This document shows positions 1 to 11,690 of a stretch of 64,000 nucleotides of DNA, piece after piece (the first letter of the stretch is position 1; every line of letters begins with the position of its first letter). The notes under the pieces are model-generated. The model did no database searches and was not told the DNA's origin. It saw only the letters and a program-made list of their open reading frames with translations. Source of the stretch: the human T2T-CHM13v2.0 reference genome, Homo sapiens; NCBI RefSeq assembly GCF_009914755.1, contig NC_060939.1. One strand, 5' to 3'. The position numbers and the translations under genes are program-made.

Positions 1-412
1 AAAACTGAAGTCCACATTGAATAAGAAATAATTTTTTATTGATTGCTGGCATTTGTGAGAAAGGGTTTAATTAGACCAGGATATGGAGGGGACTTATCGA
101 CAGTTCCGTTGTACATTGTTGACATGGTTATTTTCTGTATCTCATTTTGCCTGGGAATTTGTCATTCTCTTCTATTTTCTTATCAGTAGCACTGCTTTTA
201 CACTTATTAGCCCTAGCTGTTTGTCTTGCTTATTTAAACTTGTACATGGCACATGCTCAAAGATTTTTCCAGGCAAAATTTCTTTAAAGCAGGATTTGAG
301 ATTTTCCATCCCCTTCCGTCTGCTGGATTATTCCGGTGAGTGTTAATCTCCCGCCTTTGTCTTAGCCTCTCTGTGGTCTTCGGTTGCTTCCTTGTTCTCT
401 GTAGATCTCCTG

Positions 413-553
413 AGTTGGCCATTAGCTGTCAACAGTCAGCACTTGCTGCCTCTCAAGTCTCTTCCCCTCCTGGCTCTGCCCTGGTTTTGCTCTCTGACGG
501 GGATCTAAATTGGGATTCTTTCCAGTGTGGAATCCTGGGTGTCCACCATGTCA
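413..553 (+). repeat. Diverged direct repeat, copy 1 (~141 bp)
   Basis: AGTTGGCC.TTAGCTGTCAACAG...GGAATCCTG.GTGTCCACCATGTCA recurs at 1094-1235; about 112/141 identity by manual alignment. Confidence 0.9.
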
Positions 554-634
554 CTCTGACTTCCAGATGATAATGAGTGTGACCATGGGCTGAATGAATG
601 TCTCTCTGCTGGGATTAAAAGTTAGAGGAAGGCA

Positions 635-1000
635 AAAACAGACATTGCGTGTTCTCACGTATACGTGGGAGCAAAAAAAGTTGATCTCTTGGAGGTAGAG
701 AGTAGAGTGATGGTTACCAGAGACTGGGAAAGGGGGCGATGAAGAGGGGTAGAGAATGAGTACAAACATTCAGTTAGATAGAGGGAATACATTCTAATAG
801 GGTGACTATCGTTAACAGTAATTTACTGTATATTTCCAAATAGCTAGAAGGTTAGAAATGTTCCCAACACATAGAAAGGATACATGTTTGAAATGATGGA
901 TATCCTAATTATTCTGATCATTATACATTGCATACATGTTTCAAAATATCATATTAACCCCATAAATATGTACAAATATCACACATCAATAAAAAATAAA
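635..1000 (+). mobile_element. L1 3' UTR fragment (L1MA-like)
   Basis: Typical L1MA 3' end motifs (GTTCTCAC...GTGGGAGC, AGAGAGTAGA.TGATGGTTACCAGAG, ACCCCATAAATATGTACAA) ending in AATAAAAAATAAA. Confidence 0.85.
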
Positions 1001-1093
1001 GGGGAAGACATAGGTGTAGGCATAGATTTTTAAGCTGAGAACCTTTTGACAGGGAAGACCAGGGATGGTTTTAGGGTGTGGGGAATCTGTGTA

Positions 1094-1235
1094 AGTTGGC
1101 CGTTAGCTGTCAACAGGCAACAATCACTGTCTCTCAGGTCCCTCCCGCTCCCGGCCGTGTCCTGGTTCTACTTGCCGGCAGGGATCTAAGTTGGAATTCC
1201 TTTCCAACATGGAATCCTGAGTGTCCACCATGTCA
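1094..1235 (+). repeat. Diverged direct repeat, copy 2
   Basis: Aligns with 413-553. Confidence 0.9.
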
Positions 1236-2868
1236 AAATTGTGTCAAAATTCGTCTGTATGCATTTTTCTTGGTAGAAGGGTCCCCAAAAGTCACCACAT
1301 TCTCAGAGACTTCTGATCCCTAAAACTTTAGATCAACAGTCAATAAAAAGGTCCCAGTTGTGTCTTAGTCCCCATGGCAGTACTTTTGAACATTTGAAGG
1401 TGGAGAATTGCTACTGAGGACTTTGTTCTGTGGATGAAACTTCGAATGAGGATTGTTGGTGAGAGTTGGATTGTTGTTGTATGAGGAAGTGCACCTTGGA
1501 ATCTAATGGGGTCTTCACGGAGGGGGAGTCAGTTGTGGCACTGTTTGTGTATTCCATTCATCATTCATCCCTCCATCCAAGCACCCACGTGGAGCTCAGA
1601 AAGATGACTAACACATACCCCCTGCTGCTCCTGTTTTTCTAAGGTGTGCTGGGACCATTTACATTTAGTTCTTTGGAGAACACAACTACTTAGGATTTTT
1701 GTTGTTGTTGTTGTTTTCCTGTACATTGTCTTCCTATCTCCCTTCTGGTACCCATTCCACCCTCTCTCCCCTTCCTCACTGCCGTTTCATAGGGGTTCTC
1801 AGATTCCTGTGAATAAAGCAAACCGATGTGCAGATATGTGTGCTTACACATGTGGACGTATTTGAGGAGGTAAGAGGGACCTGCACAAGGCTTTAGTGAG
1901 TAAGCAGAGAAGTTATTTATATATAGTGAGACCCAGTAAACGGCGATGTCGCAGGTGAGGCAGTTGATCTGGTCAGAATATGCCTCCAGAGACATCACTG
2001 GTGAGGCCTGCATGCATGTTGAAAAGAGTGTATCTTACATCTAGGCTTGGGTTTCCCCCTGCAGCTCACTTATGAATAACAGTGTATGCAAGAGATTTGA
2101 ACATTTTCATGTTCAAATGAAACATGAAAAGGGAAAAAAATTTAAGGTTACGGTTAAGTTTGGATTGTTTGCTTATTGGTTTGGTTATTGGCAATTGCTA
2201 CAAAGTCCAGGGTGTTCTTTATCAGCAGCATGCTTATCAAGTTACTGACGTTCAAGCTGAGTTTCCTTCCCTCCCTCCTTCCTTCTTCTCCACTGACATT
2301 TTTTTTTTTTAAATAGGTAGGGAGGCATTTAATCTTGTAGCAGCATGAGAGTAGCTTAAATGTCCCTCCTCTAGCAGTATGTTTATAGCAGCGTAGGTAA
2401 GGAAAGCCCAGCTTGCACAGCTGAGCTCTAAAGTGCATACATCCCTTAAGTTCTCATACACACACTGGCCAGTGAGACCCCCAAACTGCGAACAGAGAAT
2501 TCTAATTGAAGTAAAAGCATGAAGTTTTTCTTTATTGACCATGTAGCAACTGTGGAATCATTTGAAAATTTCTGAAAACATGAAACAGGTGTTTATAAGG
2601 AGTTTTCTGACTTAACAAAATTGGTGAAATACCAACTTTACTAAAAACTGCTAATTCATAATTTTTTGATTAATAATTTCTAGTCTGGAAAAGAGGAATT
2701 TTTTGAAAATCACTGATATTTTTGATATACTGTTGTTTTCAAATTGAGTTCTCATAGTGTGGTCGGCTCTGTTCTATGGAATTAATATTGAACAAGCTGT
2801 TCTGAACCTAAGAAAGGTTTGTAAAAAATAAACATGAAGGAAGACTTCATTCAAGAGGTCACTTAAAA

Positions 2869-3120
2869 ATTATTATTATTATTATTATTATTATTATTGT
2901 TATTTTAAGAATTAGGTCTCTGTTGGCCAGGCTGGAGCACAGTGGCACAATCATAGCTCACTGAAGCCTCGAACTCCTGGGCTCAAACAGTCCTCCTCCC
3001 TCAGCCTCTCTAGCAGCTAGAACTGTATATGTACACCACCACGCCCAGCTAATTTTTTTTTTTAACTTTTTTTTACTTTTGAAGAGGTGAGATTATAGGC
3101 ACTAGCCACTGTGCCCAGCC
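2869..3120 (-). mobile_element. AluJ-like element with most of the left arm deleted; (ATT)n tail
   Basis: GGCTGGAGCACAGTGGCACAATCATAGCTCACTG...GCCACTGTGCCCAGCC; flanked by TSD-like AGGTCACTT. Confidence 0.85.
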
Positions 3121-4887
3121 AAAAGGTCACTTTTTTTTTTTCCTTGTTGGGGAGGAATCAATAACAGGAACACCAGTCATGATTTGGTGTTTTTTTCCAG
3201 GGCAGACAAATAAAGATGATATTACGATGTTTGTTATCACAGAATATGTTTGCTTTTGATAGGGGTTGGGTGCTGAAGGGTAAGTGGTTAGAATCATTCT
3301 TTTTCTAAGGGTACAGTCATTAATACTCCTTGATTCAAATCACTATTTAAGTTATAAATACATGGATTTATTTTCTAACCTCAAAATTATAGCATCTTAC
3401 CACATATTTGCATGCCTCTCTTGAGTTAACTACTGGTGATGATTCTTAGCTCATCTGTGGCCAAGTATAGATAAGAGAATTAGAAAGTTGTTTCCAGCGT
3501 GTGAACTTTTATGATTTTCTTCCTTGGTTACTGTACTCAGTTCTTTTTTGTTTTGTTTCTATACAAGATGAGTAGCTGGTGGCTCAGATGACCCCCATGC
3601 TGCATGTACAGTCCCATCCAGAGAGTGTTGGGGGCTGTGTAAACCTCGAGGCTCAGAGTGGCTGCCATTTTCCTAAAAGAGAAGTATGGCTGCTGTTGGC
3701 CTCAATGTTCAGCTTTACAAAAATTCCCGTAATTAATGAAGGTCAAGGCATCTGCAAACATTAATGGGGTCACAAGGGACAAATCAGTTCCTTGAGGGGA
3801 AGTTAAAATGCTAGATTGCTTACCGCTCCAGACAAGGCATTCTCAAGAAGTATGTGCAGTTTCAGCACAAGGATTAACACGGAGCATTACTTGAGCCATG
3901 GGGTGCCTTGGGGGACATGGATCAGCAACCATTTCCTTTTGCTCACAGCGCCCAGATTTTGTTCTGGGGACCACTCTTATCTGCACTGCATAGCAGCCAC
4001 ACATTTTGAGTGAAATTAACCCCAACTAGCATTCGAGCGTCCTCCCCTCCCCCAAAAGATGGACTGTACCCCACACTGTAATCAGCAGGGAGGCATTTCC
4101 TGGCCACAGTTCAGGTTGGTCCCTTAGAACGCTGCTCAGAACTGTGGTTTGGTGGCTCTGGGAAGCAGTGCTCTCTCTGAGTGTGAATAAGGATCCACAT
4201 AGCTCCAGTAGGTGTCTGACGACATCTTGTGATCCGGGGGGAAGCCAGCCTAAGGACAAAGCCATTGTGGGGTGAGAGACAGGATTGGCACAATCACTGA
4301 CAACCGCAGTAGTAGCCCAGAATAAACTGTGCCTGAAACCTACCCTATTTTTGTATTTTTTCCAGTTTTAAGGAAATAAATCCCCTTTATTGTATACTCA
4401 GTTTGAATCAATTATTTTTATCTCTTTGGGATTGGTTTTTGGTTAATCTCAGCAATTCAGAAATAGCTGAAGAACTATGCTGTGGGTTTAGACATCATGC
4501 TGTGACAAAAAGAAGAGGATCTTAGAAGCGGGGGACATTCACTGAAGCTTTATGAGCCTTTCCTGAATCCCTTCAAACCAGATCAAGTTCTCTCTCTCCT
4601 GTGCTTAGAAATGCTGCCTGTTAAGTCACGTTGGCTACAGCACCCATCTCAGATCCCTTGTGATTCAGTTGTAAAGTAGATTCTTCTGGTCTGAATTAGA
4701 GGCCAAAACACAAGACAGATCAAAAATGGGGAACATATTGCAAATTTCCCCACAAAAGACTGAAGGATGTGTTTACCATTGATTGCACAGGGACTGCAGT
4801 GTCTATGCTTTTAGGCATGGAAAATGCAGGGTTTGACTATCGAGTTTAGATTTTAAAGTTGAGGATTGTTTCTTTAAGAAGAAATAT

Positions 4888-5272
4888 AGAATATTATTCA
4901 GTCCTAAAAAGGAAGGACATTCTGACACAAGCAACAGCGTGAATGAACCTTGAGGACATTATGCCAGGTGAAATCAGCCAGTCACAAAAGGACAAATACT
5001 CTATGTGATTTCATTTAGATGAGGTTCCCTGGAGTAGTCGCATTCAGAGACAGAAAACAGAATGATGGCTGCGGTGGTGGGGGGGTGGGGGGTGGTTTGG
5101 GGAAGGGAGTGGAGTGATGGTTTCACTTTTGCAAGATGGAAAAAGTTCTGGAGGTGGCTGGCGGTGATGTTGTACAACAGTGTGAACTTACTTAACATTG
5201 CTGCACTCTATACTTAAAAATGGTTAAAACGGTACATTTTGTTATGGATATTTTCCCACAATTAAATTTAAA
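4888..5272 (+). mobile_element. L1 3' fragment (L1MB-like)
   Basis: GAATATTATTCAG...ATGAACCTTGAGGACATTATG...CAGTCACAAAAGGACAAATAC...ACTTAAAAATGGTTAAAA. Confidence 0.85.
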
Positions 5273-5704
5273 AGGAAGATGAGTAGTACTCGACTCATTA
5301 TTGGATATTACATCAGGGAACTGGAGGTAGGGTCTCACTTACTAGTTACGTAGCTCAGGAACCTGGAACCAGACTCCTTCTCCAGCTGGGCAGTCCCAGG
5401 TTTGAGTCCTGGCTCCACTGGAGGTTGTCTGACTTGGAGGTTAATAATAACCTGCCTTAGTCCCAGAGTCCTTAGAGGGAAAATAGGTTATAATACCTGA
5501 GTCCATGTGTATCAAGCCATTGCTGGTTCCAGGCCCCTGGAGCACTCAGAAATGGATGACCCCCAGCTGGGTCAGGCCAAGTCCTCCCTGCTGTAGCAAG
5601 CGGGACCATTGCCTCGTTCCCCCCACCTCCACATGGAAGGCGCCTTTTGTGTCCTGCCCCATCTCTGTTTTAACAGTCACAAGACTGTAGGCAGATCTAA
5701 ACTT

Positions 5705-5875
5705 GTTTGCACATTATTATCACCTGGGGAGCTTTGACGATTCCAAAGCCAGGCTGCCACCCCCACCTCTAGACCAACTGAATCACCATTTCCAGGGGTG
5801 GGACTGGGCATCCGTGTTTTCGAGGCTTCTGGGTGAGTACCTTGTGCAAACAAGTTCAGGGACCGTTGCCCTAGA
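5705..5875. mobile_element. MER5-like hAT MITE, diverged
   Basis: ATCACCTGGGGAGCTTT...AGACCAACTGAATCA...GGGGTGGGACTGGGCATC pattern. Confidence 0.55.
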
Positions 5876-6100
5876 CACTGTTCTTCCCCTCATGTCTCAA
5901 CCTGGGCCTCCTACCACTGCCACCACCACAGCTATGCCACCTGGGATGTGTCCCAAGCCCCCACTTGTGGGGGAAGCAGCTGGGGAGGGGTCTTTGGCCA
6001 CCTCTGCAGCTATAAGGATCAGAGCAACACCTGGCTTCTGTGCCTGTGGCCCCTGCTGGTGCTGGGTCCCTGGTCCGCACTGAAGGATCCAGGCAGAGTA

Positions 6101-6283
6101 CAGTGGGTCTCCCAGGTCAGAATGCCCTGGGTTGCTTGTTAAAGCTCACAGGGCTGGGCCCCACCCCAGGGTTTCCGATTCAGCAGGTCTCGGGCTGGTT
6201 GGATGATGAGAATTTGCATTTCTGTCAAGTTCCCAGGTGATCCTTTTTGGGGTCTGGGACCACACTTTGAGAACCACTGGTCT
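6101..6283. mobile_element. MER5A hAT MITE
   Basis: CAGTGG.TCTC start; GATTCAGCAGGTCT; GAGAATTTGCATTTCT..CAAGTTCCCAGGTGAT; GGACCACACTTTGAGAACCACTG end. Confidence 0.85.
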
Positions 6284-6539
6284 ATTAAACAAATCTTTGC
6301 AAATTAGGGAGGTGTGTTGTGGGAGGAAGAGACTGATAGTTGAAAGAATATTTGCCTAAATACAGTGCCTAGTATTTGCCAAGTACGCAGCCTTCTTTCT
6401 GGCTTTAATCATACAGACTTTCTCAATCACATGTAATTGCACATCCTTTAAGCAGCTTTTGACTGACTTTGGTTTTCTCTTTTGTGGTGATTTTCCTTAA
6501 ACTCCCGAAGGGAGGGTGGAAGGGGCAAGAGAAATTTTT

Positions 6540-6877
6540 ATTTATTTATTTTAATTTAATTATTTTTTATTATTTATTTTTTTATTTTTTTTTTGAGATG
6601 GAGTCTTACTCTGTCGCCCAGGCTGGAGTGCAGTGGTGTGATCTCAGGTCACTGCAACCTCCGCCTCCCGGGTTCCAGCAATTCTCTTGCCTCGGCCTTC
6701 TGAGTAACAGGGTCTATGGGCATGTGCCACCATGCCGGGCTAATTTTTTGTATTGGTAGTGGAGATGGGGTTTTGCCATGTTGGCCAGACTGGTCTTGAA
6801 CTCCTGACCTCAGATGATCCACGCGCCTTGGCCTCCCAAAGTGCTGGGATTACAGGTGTGAGCCACTGCGCCCAGCC
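6540..6877 (-). mobile_element. AluS element
   Basis: Full antisense dimer with T-rich tail, ending GAGCCACTGCGCCCAGCC. Confidence 0.95.
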
Positions 6878-9774
6878 AGATTTTATTTCTTTAAAAAAGA
6901 AACTTACTAGTTATCAGGACACTTGTGTTCTTGGTACTTGATTTTGTCAGCATTATTTTTAAGAGCCTCGTCCCTCCTTCCCCCTACCTCCCTGTTGAGC
7001 CCAGGCTCTGAAATAACATAGGTGCATGTGAAGTTCCCCTACCTGCCATTACCAGACATTGGTGCTGGGCGGCCCTCACCTCCACCTCCTCTCACCTGAG
7101 GCCACAGCGGTGTGCAAGGATGTGGTCTGTCTTGAGTGTGTTTTCAAAGCAGCTGTTTGGTCTGTGCCTTGGATGTTTTTCCACAGATAAGCCCAAAAGA
7201 GAACCACATCTTAAAACGCCCGTGACCTTGAATGGTCTTTCCGGAGGGGCGGCTGGATTTGTGCTCTCATCGTCTCAGGTATGTGTCAAGCCACTGTTGT
7301 TTCAGAGCTGGACACAGGTGCTTAGGAAAATTCCTCACTGAAGGGTTTTCAGGATTTACAAGTTCTTGCTGTTTTTGTGACCTTGTGTGGTTTCTGGTTT
7401 CACAGAAGGCTTTGTTTCTTGGTTCTTGTTGCTGCTTTCAGCCTTGGCCTGTAATCACTGGGCGCCAGGGAGGGCTGCGGTCTTTTTCCCGGGGTGTGCT
7501 CAGATACCGTGTCAGTTCACATGTGTTGCTGCAGCGGCAGGGGGCCAGGCAGGAGGGGCGGGTGTCCTGAAGCACGCTCAATTTGCTGATCAGGGCCTTC
7601 ACTTGGATTTTGCACTTGCCGCAGTGGAGACATTCCTCGTAGCTACTCAGTGTGGTTTGTTTTAAGTGGGCCATCCGTTAATTCATGTGACCTGGAACTT
7701 GGTTAATGTACTTGCCAAGGTTAAAGTTGAGACGCTGTTTGTTAAACCTTTCAAAGAGGGAAGAAGGTTGCCTTGAATTCAGTTCCAGGGTTTGGGAGTC
7801 TGAGAGGGAGGTGGTGAGGGGCCCGGGGAGGCCCTGAGAAACAAAATGCTGGTTAAGGACACAGTCTGCTCACCGACCTCGGAAGTCTCTAGACGTCTAA
7901 AGAAGTCCAAGCAAGGAATGATGACCGAAGAGGAACCTCAAGGGTGCAGGCGGCTCTGGGATCTCAGCACATCTCAGTGATGGAATGAGCTGCCGGGGAA
8001 TGACCCCTTTGGGGGCTGTCCAAAGTCAGAGCAGACACAAACGTAGCTCTCCAGGCCCCATACCTTGGTGGGCAAGAGGGCAGCAAGTGCATCCTCACAG
8101 TTGATGGGGAGAGCAGCATTTCAGCCTGCAGAAAAGAGAACCACACAGATGTAAGATGAGGTCTGCACTCACTTGCCTGGTCATGCAGAGACGGAGCTGG
8201 GAGCAGCTGCATGACTTTTCAGAGAAGTGGCACACGTTTACTGTAAGGGTCCCAAATGTAGACCACTGCAGATGGTAAGGTCTAGATGGAGGGACCAATA
8301 GTAGGGAAGTAGGGGAGAAGAAAGTAAAACCTTACAGTATAAAGACCCATAGATGCTCTTTTGTTTTTGATGTGTGTACGGGGGTTAGGTATTTATTGAG
8401 CACCTACTGCATGACAGAGTGTTCAGCAATGACAATGCAGAGCTTAATAAGAACAGGTTCTAGACTAATCTTTTAGGGGGTGAGGATAGAACAGAAATAG
8501 GTAATTATGTCCTGAGAACATGAGAGAGTGTTGGTGGACAGAACGGCGATGTATCCCCAAGGGCAACTGAAGCCTTCACAGAAGATGCAAAGCCTGTACG
8601 TGGTCCTCGGAGTCATGCCACATGGTGACTGGTTATCTTAGTCGTAGGAAAACTGAGAAGCTTTGAGGCATGTTCTATCTGTCTTTGTGGGCATCATCTT
8701 CATTATTTGAACAATTCAGAGTGCTTGATGCCTTTTGCTTCGTTCTCACAATCCTTGACACTAAGCTGTGGGCTTGGGTTATAGTCACTCATTCTGTTAT
8801 TCATGTCATTTTGCCTATCCTTCCACTTCACAGATGAGAAGACTGAGACCCAGAGAGGGTCATGGTTTTCATTAGCCAAATGGTGCAGAAACCCAGTGGT
8901 CACAGTGGCTCTCTAGCTCTTTGTCACCCACAGGGCCCTTGATAAGAGTACGGTCTTTCTCCAGGGGAGCAGGGTTGAGGAGTGGGGGCAGCCCTGGCCT
9001 GGGTGGCCATATCCTGATTTCCCCTCCCTTGGCCCATAGCTCTCTATCTTGGGTGAGGTGAGAAAGTAAGGCTGCTCCTTGACTGTGGTCCCTTTTGTGT
9101 CTGTCCTGCACTGGGCCACCTTCCCAGGGGCCTTGTGTCAGCCTGGTAGTGGTGCTAGTGGCCTTGAAGTGAGAGTGGGTGGATCACACATGGCAGATCT
9201 CTGGCAGTGACCTTTTCTGTGGATTTCCGGTGACTGATGATAGCCTCTTTGGAAGTCAGCATATGCATAGCTCTCTGTCTTTTGAAAACAATGGAAAAAC
9301 CCACCACCAGCCCCAAAACCAGCTGTCTTTCTTCTTATGAATAGATATCCATGAAAAGCAGAAGAGTAGTTTCTTGTAAGTACTCTGGGAGTGCATAATA
9401 CATTTTAAATAAGATTAAAAATTATGTTTTATTCTTACTAGCATCACTGTCAGATAATTGAGCGTGAGAGCATTCAGTGCTGTGTGCTTGGTACGAAGTA
9501 GTAACATCAATTCAGTGTTCAGTACATCCACTTTGTTCCAGAACAATGTATTCAAGGTCGGTGTATTTTGGCTGTGCCACATAGTTCTGGAAATTCCCAA
9601 GAGAATAAGTTTTCACCTGTTATATAATCCAGCACAAGTGACTGTGTAGCAGCAACCTCATGTTTCATGATGACTTTAAAATGCAATTGATTCTAAAATT
9701 TAGCTTTTAAAAATTTCGACTTCAGATTTTCTCTGAAGGTTTAAGGTAGGCTTCTCCTTTATTAATTTTTTCAA

Positions 9775-9960
9775 GAAATATTTAAGAACACTGCTCTGTG
9801 CTATGTACCATTCTAAGCACTTTACAGATACTAATTCATTTAATCCTCAGCCTGGTTAGGTAAGTACTGCTATTCCCACCGTACAGATGAGGAAACAGCC
9901 TCAGAGGAGTTAAAACAAGTTGCTCAGGTTACACCGTCAGCGGTTTGGACTACTTCAGTT
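9775..9960. mobile_element. MIR SINE
   Basis: TTCTAAGCACTTTACA...TCATTTAATCCTCA...TACAGATGAGGAAAC core; a similar fragment lies at about 8770-8880. Confidence 0.75.
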
Positions 9961-10170
9961 TCAGATAATCACTGTGAAATTTTACTGTTTTGAGCTACAC
10001 GTTTCAAAATCTTTTCTGATGCGGAACTATCATTAAATCATATAATCCGCTTCTCTGGAGTCAGAGGTTGACAACACATTAGCACTTGACTCGAGCCTCT
10101 CCCTGGAGGAGGACATTCCGTCTGCGGGGAGCCGAGTCCGAGGCTGGAGCAACTCTGGAACCACAGCCCT

Positions 10171-10184
10171 CCAGTAGAGGGCAC
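10171..10184 (+). promoter_or_regulatory. Candidate CTCF core motif
   Basis: CCAGTAGAGGGCAC matches CCASYAGRKGGCRS 14/14; occupancy unknown. Confidence 0.45.
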
Positions 10185-10660
10185 ACGAGAGCAGGCTATC
10201 TGTGGAGATAGCCTGTTGGCACAGGGGTGAAGATGACAGAGGCGAACCCAAGCAAAGAGAGTTAATTAGCAGAGTTTGCCCTCCAGGCTCGGAGGGCAAG
10301 TCAGCCTGGGGACCTGGAGTTAGTTCCCTTTTCAGCTGTGACCATTGAAGACATTCATCAAGTTCTCTGGCTCCGGGATGTCAGCTGTGGTAGTGACTTG
10401 CATGGGAGGTTATCCGACATACCTCACACACTTTAACTCCACCTCTTCAGAGTTTGTGGCCAAGAATGGAGCCAGGTGGCTATTTTTTTTTTTTAAATTT
10501 ATGTAATAACAAACATTCGCATTTATTGAAAACTTAAAGTATAATAAAAAAATAAATAAAATAAAAAAAGAAAAAAGAAAACTTATTCCTGTGTCAGGCA
10601 CTTTTCTAAGTGCTTTGCAGTGTATTGTCTCATTTAATAGTTGTTTAAATTAACAGAGTA

Positions 10661-10968
10661 GGCCGGGTGTGGTGGCTCACATCTGTAATCCCAGTACTTT
10701 GGGAGGCTGAGGCGGGTGGATCACCTGAGGTTGAGAGTTCAAGACCAGCCTGACAAACATGGAGAAACCTCATCTCTACTAAAAATACAAAATTAGCCAC
10801 AGTGGTGGCGCATGCCTGTAATCCCAGCTACTCAGGAGGCTGAGGCAGGAGAATCGCTTGAACCCGGGAGGTGGAGGTTGTGGAGAGCCAAGATTGCATC
10901 ATTGCACTCCAGCTTGGGCAAAAAGAATGAAACTCTGTCTCAAAAAAAAAAAAAAAAAAAAAAAAAAA
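10661..10968 (+). mobile_element. AluSp-like element
   Basis: GGCCGGGTGTGGTGGCTCAC start, AACATGGAGAAACC diagnostic, long poly-A tail. Confidence 0.95.
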
Positions 10969-11214
10969 GAGAGAGAGAGTAAATAAAATTGTAAGGTGAA
11001 TATGTTATCTACTTGATGGAATTTTTTAAACTACCTTGAAAAGTTTTATAGTTTCCTATTTACAGATGAAATTAACATACTAATTATAAATCATGCCTCA
11101 CTATTCACTTTAGGCAGTCTATCTCCTTAAGGATCTCCTTACGGTTTAGATAGATAAGTGAATTGCTTAATGTTTTTGGAAGTAATAAAACTGCATTTCT
11201 TTTTAATTAAACAA

Positions 11215-11690
11215 TCCAGATAACAAGAAGTAATTCTAATAGGAAACTTGTAGGATGTATTTACAGAAAATCTACACAATCTTACTGAACAATGTAGAAA
11301 AGAAGATTTACCAGCCTGGGCAACATGGCAAGCTTTGTCTCTTAAAAAACAAAACAAAACAAAATTTAGCCGGGAGTCGTGGCATACAATTGTCATGTCC
11401 ACTTCTCAGGAGGCTGAGGTGGGAGGACTACTTGAGCCCAGGAGGTCAAGACTACAGTGAGCCACATTTGTGCCGCTGTACTCCAGCCTGGATGACAGAG
11501 CGAGACCCTGTTTCAAAATAAAGAAAAAGAGATTTAAATGAAGCGAAATGCCATTTTCTCTAGGTGAGAAACTGGAATATTATCAATGTCACTTCTTCCC
11601 AAATTGATTTATAATTTAAAAACAATTTCAGTACTTCTGCAGCTTGTTTGGAGCTTGATAAAATGATTGTAGAGTTTGTCTTGAAGCTTT
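11215..11690 (+). mobile_element. Old L1 ORF2-region fragment interrupted by a 5'-truncated AluJ (11311-11530)
   Basis: Degenerate L1-like sequence (AATATTATCAATGTCA...CCCAAATTGATTTATA). The Alu runs CCAGCCTGGGCAACATGG...GAGCGAGACCCTGTTTCAAAA with AGATTTA on both sides. Confidence 0.7.

Noticed and set aside
3861-3880. REST/RE1 site (TTCAGCACAAGGATT)
   Set aside because: Only the left half matches; the GGACAG right half and the spacing are wrong.
5072-5110. G-quadruplex motif
   Set aside because: It is the usual G-rich tract of an L1 3' UTR and needs no separate explanation.
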